From the IMG/VR virus record IMGVR_UViG_3300045988_070690, positions 1-37,095 of that record: a stretch of 37,095 bases of DNA; one strand, 5' to 3'. The DNA comes from a virus. The notes below the pieces were generated by a model. That model saw only the letters and a list, made by a program, of their open reading frames with translations. It did no database searches and was not told the DNA's origin. The position numbers and the translations under genes are program-made. Numbering within the stretch: the first letter of the stretch is position 1; the number at the start of each line of letters is the position of its first letter. Positions 23,276 to 29,500 of this stretch are shown here, one piece after another.

Positions 23276-23637
23276 GACTTTATACCTCCATGAATTTATT
23301 TTTTACGTGTTTTCGCCTGTCGGCGTGGAAACGGTCAGTTTAGAGCCGTACCGCCGGACGGCTGGAAAAGTAGCATTTACTCTCCCGACGGGTGTTGGTG
23401 GATGCTGCGGAATTGCACCGCACAGCAAGACAGAGGAAACGAAATAGACAATGCTCCCTGTTGGAGACAGCTGCCACGGAGTTGCACCGTGCATTGCCCA
23501 GAGGCTTCATATCTCTCAGCTGGACAACTAAGACGCACCCCCAATTATGCGGTGATACGCCACCACCTTATGCTTATTCGCTTTCCCTATAGGCGGGAAA
23601 CAAAATTTTCAGTCGTTCGCGTTTTGCCCTTGACTGT
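23276..23637 (-). ncRNA. Candidate structured non-coding RNA / long leader, promoter-proximal block (about 360 nt)
   Basis: It starts just downstream of the leftward consensus promoter. No credible ORF. Contains two T-arm-like hairpins (23475-23491, 23406-23422). Confidence 0.4.
23325..23371. repeat. 47-bp direct repeat, right copy
   Basis: See 22372-22418. The copies start 953 bp apart. Confidence 0.9.
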
Positions 23638-23643
23638 AATTAA

Positions 23644-23672
23644 ATTATAGCACATAACGCCAACATTGTCAA
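23644..23672 (-). promoter_or_regulatory. Early leftward promoter, perfect TTGACA-17-TATAAT
   Basis: Minus strand: -35 at 23667-23672, -10 at 23644-23649, 17-nt spacer. Confidence 0.8.
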
Positions 23673-23680
23673 CTGGAATA

Positions 23681-23727
23681 TTACACAAATCGCATACGAT
23701 ATTTTTGTGCAGTTTGCGTAATGTGAA
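23681..23727. promoter_or_regulatory. Imperfect inverted repeat between the divergent promoters (candidate repressor operator)
   Basis: TTACACAAATCGCA (23681-23694) versus the reverse complement of TGCGTAATGTGAA (23715-23727). The core CACAwwwCGCA is shared. Confidence 0.35.
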
Positions 23728-23746
23728 AATTAAAGCAAAAATTCAC

Positions 23747-23775
23747 TTGACAGCGTTCACGTTTTGTAGTATAAT
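23747..23775 (+). promoter_or_regulatory. Rightward repressor promoter, perfect TTGACA-17-TATAAT
   Basis: -35 at 23747-23752, -10 at 23770-23775. A GGAGG RBS follows, then ATG at 23800. Confidence 0.8.
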
Positions 23776-23799
23776 AGAATATAGAAAGGAGGTGATAGC

Positions 23800-24306
23800 A
23801 TGTGCTGGTATGAAATCTTGAAAACACTACGCGAAAAATCTGGGGAATCCATGTCGAAAACAGCAGAATTTCTTGGAATCCCAAAAGGTACGTATGCAAG
23901 CTATGAGTACGGGAAGCGAGAGCCTAACATAGAAATGATTTTGAAAATTTCAGATCATTTCGGCGTAGCAATTGACTATCTACTAGGTGGGAAATCCGCG
24001 GAAACGCCAGAAGACACCATAAAAAGGCTTGCAAAGCAGTACAAGATGACAGATGCACAGAGGGGTATTGCAGCCGCATACTTTTATATGGACAAAGAAA
24101 ACCGAGAAAAGCTTCTGGAGATCGTCAGGACGTTTGCAGACAGTGCAGATGCCGCGGAATCCAAAGAATCCCGCGAAAAATTCGAAAAAGTCAAGGTTGC
24201 AGCTTACCAAAATCCCGCCGGAAGTATCCCACGTGAAGCAGAGTATCCGCAGGAGCTGCTTGACGATATGGACAAAAACGCCCCTCTGACAGACCCAGAT
24301 ATGTGA
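23800..24306 (+). CDS. XRE-family repressor (ImmR-like)
   Basis: 168 aa. HTH LREKSGESMSKTAEFLGIPKGTYASYEYGKREPNIEMILKISDHFGVAIDYLLG. No S24 peptidase domain. Followed by the ImmA-like gene. Confidence 0.85.
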   Translation: MCWYEILKTLREKSGESMSKTAEFLGIPKGTYASYEYGKREPNIEMILKISDHFGVAIDYLLGGKSAETPEDTIKRLAKQYKMTDAQRGIAAAYFYMDKENREKLLEIVRTFADSADAAESKESREKFEKVKVAAYQNPAGSIPREAEYPQELLDDMDKNAPLTDPDM

Positions 24307-24362
24307 TACAGCATCATAAAAAGTCACCTTAGTGGTATACTACCATGCAGAGAGGTGACTGT

Positions 24363-24890
24363 ATGAAGCGTATCTATCAGACCGCCGCAGAAGCAAGCTT
24401 ATGCTGCTTGCTGTCCTGCGGCGTTTCTGCACTACCGGTAAAGCCAGTGCGTATCGTGATGCACTACGATGTGCCGTGCTTTGACTGTGCACACCCGCTT
24501 CTGGAAGGGGAGATAGGGCGTATCATCAAGCGGGCGGACGGCAGAGTGCAGATCGTGCTGGACCCGTCGAAGCCGATACCGCAAAAGCGTTTTGCAGTGG
24601 CTCACGAGCTGGGGCACTATCTTCTGGGGCATCTGGACAGACCACCGGAGCCAGAGGACGAGTGTGACGCAGACCGCTTCGCAGACGGCGTTCTGATGCC
24701 GCTGTGTGTGCTCTACGGCGTTCAAGCGTTCGATACGTCAACTATATCGCGTGTCTGTAAAGTCCCTCACGCAGCCGCACAACGCCGTTCTGACGGGTTT
24801 AAAGCTTTTCACAAAAAAAGAAAGCCGGAAAGTGTGTTGGAACGGCAGGTGTACGAGCAGTTCCGGCAGTTTATCGACAGCAGCAGATAA
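24363..24890 (+). CDS. ImmA/IrrE-family zinc metallopeptidase (anti-repressor protease)
   Basis: HELGHYLLGH (HExxH motif). ATG at 24363 follows an AGAGGTGA RBS. Classic immR-immA gene order. Confidence 0.8.
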   Translation: MKRIYQTAAEASLCCLLSCGVSALPVKPVRIVMHYDVPCFDCAHPLLEGEIGRIIKRADGRVQIVLDPSKPIPQKRFAVAHELGHYLLGHLDRPPEPEDECDADRFADGVLMPLCVLYGVQAFDTSTISRVCKVPHAAAQRRSDGFKAFHKKRKPESVLERQVYEQFRQFIDSSR

Positions 24891-24897
24891 AAAAAAC

Positions 24898-24927
24898 GCC
24901 TACAGCGTATAACTGTGGGCATTTTTT
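24898..24927 (+). terminator. Rho-independent terminator after the repressor/ImmA operon
   Basis: GCCTACAG / CTGTGGGC stem with one G.U pair and a 7-nt loop, followed by ATTTTTT. Confidence 0.65.
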
Positions 24928-24989
24928 ACACATATAAACAGCCGATTTTGTGTAGTACAACAAAAATTCGAACAACAACACTAAAATAC

Positions 24990-25018
24990 TTGTAATAATG
25001 TATAAAAAGCGGTATAAT
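24990..25018 (+). promoter_or_regulatory. Promoter of the lipoprotein gene, TTGTAA-17-TATAAT
   Basis: -35 at 24990-24995, -10 at 25013-25018. Confidence 0.6.
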
Positions 25019-25052
25019 TGTTGTATCATTTTGAAAGGAAAGGTACCATCAA

Positions 25053-26012
25053 ATGAAAAAGAAGTTTATATCCATTTTGCTGGCTGGTGCTATCGCTGCA
25101 TCGCTATCTGCATGCGGAACGGAGCAAGAAAAGCCAGAAAGCAGCAAGCAAACAGAAACTGCCACTAGCACGACACTTGCAACGACTGGGACAAAATCGA
25201 CATATAAAATTGTAAAAAGCACGACCGCAGCAGTAGCGACGCAACCTGCAGAGCCGGACAAAATAGATACTCTGGCGACCGTGGGAGATGCAACATTTTC
25301 TGTTTCGTCAAATTGGACAAAAACGGAAGATAAAAACACTGTGTATTGGGCGAAAACAAGTTACAGTTGCTTTTTTGTGTATAAGTCTGAGGTTCAATAC
25401 AACGATTCAAAATCGTGTATGCGGCAAATTTATGACGAATTCACAAAAAGTGACAATATCGACGGATACAGCATGACAGAAGACACGACGATAGGCGGCG
25501 TAGAGGGCATCAGGTTTGACGCTGTCACAGTGCCAGACGAAGATGATTTCAGCCGGAAAGCCGTGTACTATGTCACTGTGTATAACGGGAACGCATACTG
25601 TTTCGCGTTCGTTGATCGCTGTGTCAGTGATGCGGAAATTTTCGGGTTTGAAGATGAGATAGTAAGCTCCATTTCGTTTTCCGGAGCAGCTGCAGAAACC
25701 CAGACAGCGGCAGAGAGCAGCGTCACAATCGGAATGGCAAATGCTGTCGAAACCGCAAAGAATTACCTTAAATTTACATCTTTTTCGTATCAAGGACTTG
25801 TCGATCAGTTGCTGTATGAAAAGTACACGCAAGAGGAAGCAGTATATGGTGCAGACAACTGCGGAGCAGACTGGAATGAACAGGCAGCAAAATGTGCAGA
25901 AAGTTATATGGAATACTCATCATTTTCAAGACAAGATTTGTACGATCAGTTAATATATGAAAAATTTACAGATGAACAGGCTGAATACGGCGTTCAGTCT
26001 GTCGGATATTAA
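25053..26012 (+). CDS. Ltp-like surface lipoprotein (candidate superinfection exclusion)
   Basis: 319 aa. Signal peptide with lipobox LSAC. Two C-terminal Ltp-type repeats (AVETAKNYLKFTSFSYQGLVDQLLYEKYTQEEAVYGADN / AAKCAESYMEYSSFSRQDLYDQLIYEKFTDEQAEYGVQS). Confidence 0.8.
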   Translation: MKKKFISILLAGAIAASLSACGTEQEKPESSKQTETATSTTLATTGTKSTYKIVKSTTAAVATQPAEPDKIDTLATVGDATFSVSSNWTKTEDKNTVYWAKTSYSCFFVYKSEVQYNDSKSCMRQIYDEFTKSDNIDGYSMTEDTTIGGVEGIRFDAVTVPDEDDFSRKAVYYVTVYNGNAYCFAFVDRCVSDAEIFGFEDEIVSSISFSGAAAETQTAAESSVTIGMANAVETAKNYLKFTSFSYQGLVDQLLYEKYTQEEAVYGADNCGADWNEQAAKCAESYMEYSSFSRQDLYDQLIYEKFTDEQAEYGVQSVGY

Positions 26013-26017
26013 AAACG

Positions 26018-26037
26018 CCCTGCGGTTCCCCGCAGGG
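26018..26037 (+). terminator. Perfect 8-bp GC hairpin after the lipoprotein gene (weak terminator, or part of an att site)
   Basis: CCCTGCGG-TTCC-CCGCAGGG. The T-tract that follows is poor (TGTTGATAT). Confidence 0.4.
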
Positions 26038-26067
26038 TGTTGATATATCGGAAAGGAATGGTGCTTT

Positions 26068-27657
26068 TTGGACACATACTGTATATATCTACGAAAATCG
26101 CGTGCGGACGCAGAAGCTGAAGCACGCGGAGAGGGCGAAACCCTGGCACGGCACGAGCACACACTGTGCGACTTAGCCAAGCGGCAGAAGCTCCACATAT
26201 CTAAGATATACCGCGAGATCGTATCCGGCGAAACGATCGCAGCAAGACCGCAGATGCAGCAGCTTCTGCAAGACGTGGAAAGCGGCATATACGCTGGTGT
26301 GCTGGTCATGGAGGTAGAGCGACTTGCCCGCGGTGACACCATAGATCAAGGCATCGTGGCACAAGCTTTTAAGTACTCTGGCACAAAGATCGTCACACCT
26401 ACTAAGACGTATGACCCAGACAATGAGTTTGACGAGGAATACTTCGAATTTTCACTTTTTATGTCACGGAGAGAGTACAAGACGATCAAGCGGCGTATGC
26501 AGGCAGGGCGTGCAGCAGCGGCGAAAGAGGGAAAATTTGTCGGAAATATCCCGCCTTACGGATACGACCGGAAAAAGCTTGACCATGACAGTGGCTTTAT
26601 GCTGGTACCAAACGAAAAGGCAAAAATTGTAAAAATGATATTTGAGTGGTACACTGTGGGTGTCGTCATGCCAGACGGAACGCGGCAGCGAATCGGCACG
26701 ACACACATCGCAAACCGACTGCATCAAATGGGCATAAAAACGCCACGGGGCGGGCGTTGGAACAACTACTCTGTCCGCAGTATACTGCTTAACCCCGTGT
26801 ACTGCGGTGTTATCCGGTGGGGATACCGCAGGGGTAAAAGCAAGCTGCAAAACGGCGTCATCACTAAAACGCGACCGACAGCCGAAGATGGATATATAGA
26901 AGCAAAAGGCTTGCACGATCCTCTCATATCGCAAGAGACCTATGACACCGCACAGGAACTTGCACACGCCGCTGCAAAGATACCCAAGGTTAAGCTGGGC
27001 GGGGCTCTCAAAAATCCGTTAGCGGGGATTGTGGTGTGCCGTAAATGCGGGAAAAGCATGGGGCGGCAGCCATACACAAGTGAAAGGTACAGCGGCGAAA
27101 TGCTGATCTGCAAAACCCCCGACTGCCGGTGCGTTTCATCTGATATACACATAGTGGAGCAACGGCTGCTTGATAGCCTTGCAGAGTGGCTGCATCAGTA
27201 TGAGGTACAGTGGCAGGAGCACACGATGCAAGCCACAGCCGCCGAACCGAAGGACGATCAGACCGCCGTCTTAGAAGATCTTCGGAAAGAGCAAGCAAAG
27301 GCAAAAGCACAGCTTGCAAAAGCTTACGATCTGCTAGAGCAAGAGATATACGACACCAACACCTTTGTGGAGCGTTCCAGCATCTTAAAAGCAAAAATCT
27401 CCGATTTGCAGGACAGTATAGACCATATAGAGAAAAGCGTGCGGGAGATGTCATCGCGTGACGATGACATGCAAAAGATCATACCAAAGGTAAAGCATAT
27501 CTTAGAGGTATACAGCACGCTTCCAGATGCGTCAGCGAAAAACCAGCTGCTTAAAGAAGTACTTGAAAAAGCAGAGTACAGCAAAGACCACAGCACCCGC
27601 TGGCACGGAAATCCCGACGATTTTGACCTTGTGATTTTCCCGAAACTTCCAAGGTGA
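26068..27657 (+). CDS. int: Large serine recombinase (integrase)
   Basis: 529 aa with a TTG start. Catalytic N-terminus CIYLRKSRAD..ETLARHE, recombinase domain, zinc-ribbon (CRKCGKSM..CKTPDC) and C-terminal coiled coil. Confidence 0.9.
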   Translation: MDTYCIYLRKSRADAEAEARGEGETLARHEHTLCDLAKRQKLHISKIYREIVSGETIAARPQMQQLLQDVESGIYAGVLVMEVERLARGDTIDQGIVAQAFKYSGTKIVTPTKTYDPDNEFDEEYFEFSLFMSRREYKTIKRRMQAGRAAAAKEGKFVGNIPPYGYDRKKLDHDSGFMLVPNEKAKIVKMIFEWYTVGVVMPDGTRQRIGTTHIANRLHQMGIKTPRGGRWNNYSVRSILLNPVYCGVIRWGYRRGKSKLQNGVITKTRPTAEDGYIEAKGLHDPLISQETYDTAQELAHAAAKIPKVKLGGALKNPLAGIVVCRKCGKSMGRQPYTSERYSGEMLICKTPDCRCVSSDIHIVEQRLLDSLAEWLHQYEVQWQEHTMQATAAEPKDDQTAVLEDLRKEQAKAKAQLAKAYDLLEQEIYDTNTFVERSSILKAKISDLQDSIDHIEKSVREMSSRDDDMQKIIPKVKHILEVYSTLPDASAKNQLLKEVLEKAEYSKDHSTRWHGNPDDFDLVIFPKLPR

Positions 27658-27670
27658 TTTTTTTGTATCT

Positions 27671-27724
27671 ATCATATATATCATGTGCGTTCGAACCCGC
27701 CTGCTCACACATGATATATGTGAT
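27671..27724. other. Inverted repeat downstream of int: candidate attP core
   Basis: 17-bp arms with one mismatch, including a perfect 12-bp ATATATCATGTG / CACATGATATAT. They flank a 20-bp GC-richer centre (27688-27707). Confidence 0.3.
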
Positions 27725-27774
27725 AAGTCTGCTCATAGCACGTCTTTGAGTGGGTTTTTGTACTGTATGTTTAA

Positions 27775-27879
27775 CTTGCACAAGTTTTCTATGCTTGCTT
27801 TGTGCAAGTATACAAATATATTCTTAATCAACAGAAAACGCTTGACAAATACGCCGAAATGGTGTATAATAATTACAGA
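27775..27879. repeat. 105-bp promoter-carrying direct repeat, copy 1 (71 bp identical to copy 2, upstream part diverged)
   Basis: 27809-27879 equals 28799-28869 exactly. The upstream part holds palindrome CTTGCACAA-N16-TTGTGCAAG (27775-27808). Confidence 0.9.
27842..27870 (+). promoter_or_regulatory. Promoter P1, perfect TTGACA-17-TATAAT
   Basis: -35 at 27842-27847, -10 at 27865-27870. Confidence 0.75.
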
Positions 27880-27925
27880 AAGCACGAGAGGTGCTAAGAA
27901 AAATAAAAAATCGGAGGAAAATAAA

Positions 27926-28372
27926 ATGAGAAAGTATAATCTGGCAAGCATTATGAAAAGAGCATGGGAAATCGTTAAGACTATGGTAGGCGACACTGTT
28001 GCAAAGCTGTCCTACGCACTGAAGCAGGCATGGGCAGAAGCTAAGGCACCGGCAGACGAAATTCTGAGCGGCTGGAACATCACCAAGCTGGAAAAGGCTG
28101 GTGCAAACCGCTGGACTAAGTACGGCAAAGATCGCATGTATCTTAGTGAAACTGGTGATGCTCTCATGAATCTGGAACTGGATTTTTACAAGAGTGGCAA
28201 TGTTTGCGGTGCATGGCTGAACGACGAGAAGATCAGCAACCGCGAAAGTTTCCGTGTAAGAGAAGCTTACTCCAGAGCCTACATCGACCTTGCAAGTGGA
28301 AAAGTGTACGAGTGCGTAGGCAGATATGCAGACGACTTCATGGACAAGCTGAACGCTACTTTTCACGCTTGA
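27926..28372 (+). CDS. Hypothetical protein A (148 aa) of the plus-strand accessory module
   Basis: ATG at 27926 lies 8 nt after GGAGG. Sequence starts MRKYNLASIMKRAWEIVKTMVGDTVAKLSYALKQAWAEAKA... The longer track ORF (from 27683) begins upstream of its own promoter. Confidence 0.6.
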   Translation: MRKYNLASIMKRAWEIVKTMVGDTVAKLSYALKQAWAEAKAPADEILSGWNITKLEKAGANRWTKYGKDRMYLSETGDALMNLELDFYKSGNVCGAWLNDEKISNRESFRVREAYSRAYIDLASGKVYECVGRYADDFMDKLNATFHA

Positions 28373-28374
28373 TC

Positions 28375-28403
28375 TTGACAAATGTTCTGAATAGGTGTAT
28401 ACT
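28375..28403 (+). promoter_or_regulatory. Promoter P2, TTGACA-17-TATACT
   Basis: -35 at 28375-28380, -10 at 28398-28403. Confidence 0.65.
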
Positions 28404-28441
28404 AAATGCATATCAAAAAGAAACAGAAAGGAAGTTTAATC

Positions 28442-28780
28442 ATGATCGATTTTAACGCATTTCGTGCCCTCTATGAGGACGCGAAAACATGCGATTCAGA
28501 AGCAAAGTACGTCATGGAAAGAAGGTGGGAAGATTGGATGAACGGGATCTCCGATAGTGACAAAATCGCCGACGTTCTCCGGAGAATTTACACCATGACG
28601 AACGAGGGTTTTACGGCGATTGTGAGGCAGTATAAAAACATGCGGCAGATGTGCGAAGTGTTGGGTATCCCTTACTCAACAGCACAGAAATGGAGCGTTG
28701 GACATCAGAAGCCGGCATCATATCTCTTGATGCTCATGGTGTACGCTACTGTAAACTATGACAAAATGCACAAATTATAA
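28442..28780 (+). CDS. Hypothetical protein B (112 aa) with a probable C-terminal HTH
   Basis: ATG at 28442 follows an AAAGGAAG RBS. MRQMCEVLGIPYSTAQKWSVGHQKPASYLLMLM resembles XRE/antitoxin-type HTH ends. Confidence 0.55.
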   Translation: MIDFNAFRALYEDAKTCDSEAKYVMERRWEDWMNGISDSDKIADVLRRIYTMTNEGFTAIVRQYKNMRQMCEVLGIPYSTAQKWSVGHQKPASYLLMLMVYATVNYDKMHKL

Positions 28781-28869
28781 GCTTGTGTTTTGTGCATATA
28801 TACAAATATATTCTTAATCAACAGAAAACGCTTGACAAATACGCCGAAATGGTGTATAATAATTACAGA
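28765..28869. repeat. 105-bp promoter-carrying direct repeat, copy 2
   Basis: Palindrome ATGCACAA-N16-TTGTGCAT (28766-28797) has the same 16-bp spacing as copy 1, with one compensatory T/A to A/T change. Confidence 0.9.
28832..28860 (+). promoter_or_regulatory. Promoter P3, perfect TTGACA-17-TATAAT (identical to P1)
   Basis: -35 at 28832-28837, -10 at 28855-28860. Confidence 0.75.
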
Positions 28870-28920
28870 GGTTAGGGAAAAGCCCGAAACCCAAAAATAA
28901 AAACATGGAGGAAAAAGAAA

Positions 28921-29427
28921 ATGCGTGAACTGAAAAATCGTGAAGAAGTTGTAAAGGAACTGGCTAAGATGCTGAGGGAGTTCGATGTAGAAATGAACTC
29001 TTTCGAAACAGATGTTTATCTGTACTACAACGACGAAGAAAAGACCGCTGAACTTGACACCTTCGTAAACGCCGGCGGAAATTCGTGGTTGAACGACGAT
29101 CACGAAACGATTTACAGAGATGAGTGCCACTTCGACAACATGTACGAAGTCGGGTTCCAGTCCATTTCCGATCTGGCGGAAGCAGTGGGACTTTCCGAAA
29201 AGGATTTGATCGTCAAAACGGCGGAATTCCTCGAATTCGATGAAGATGACGATCTGGACGAAATTGATTACTGGGACGTTGTAAGCTTTATCAAGTCCGA
29301 CTGTAACCTTGTGGATAAGGTCAAGGCGGCTTTTGCGGAGTGGATTGACGAGCAAGGCGAAGATTATGAAAGCAAGGCTGACGATATTATCCGCGAGTGG
29401 GAAGAGTACGAGCCGGACGAAGATTGA
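28921..29427 (+). CDS. Highly acidic protein C (168 aa): candidate DNA mimic / anti-restriction-type protein
   Basis: By my count 53 of 168 residues are Asp or Glu (e.g. EFLEFDEDDDLDEIDYWD, EWIDEQGEDYESKADDIIREWEEYEPDED). GGAGG RBS. Confidence 0.55.
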   Translation: MRELKNREEVVKELAKMLREFDVEMNSFETDVYLYYNDEEKTAELDTFVNAGGNSWLNDDHETIYRDECHFDNMYEVGFQSISDLAEAVGLSEKDLIVKTAEFLEFDEDDDLDEIDYWDVVSFIKSDCNLVDKVKAAFAEWIDEQGEDYESKADDIIREWEEYEPDED

Positions 29428-29457
29428 TTCACCTAAGCTAAACCCAAAAAACAAAAT

Positions 29458-29497
29458 CGGCACCGTGGGGAAGTCCCTGCGGTGCCGTTTGCTTTTT
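29458..29497. terminator. Bidirectional terminator between convergent gene C and the endolysin gene
   Basis: CGGCACCG (29458-29465) / CGGTGCCG (29480-29487). T-runs follow it on both strands. Confidence 0.7.
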
Positions 29498-29500
29498 GTT

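Noticed and set aside
23681-23899. Minus-strand 72-aa ORF overlapping the repressor start
   Set aside because: It covers both consensus promoters and the repressor RBS and start. It has no RBS and gives a hydrophobic, low-complexity product.
27688-27707. GTTCGAACCCGCC in the centre of the inverted repeat as the 3' end of a tRNA gene (a tRNA-type att core)
   Set aside because: No matching 5' T-stem, acceptor stem or CCA can be drawn, so there is no complete or partial tRNA. Serine integrases do not typically target tRNA genes. It is kept only as part of the attP candidate.
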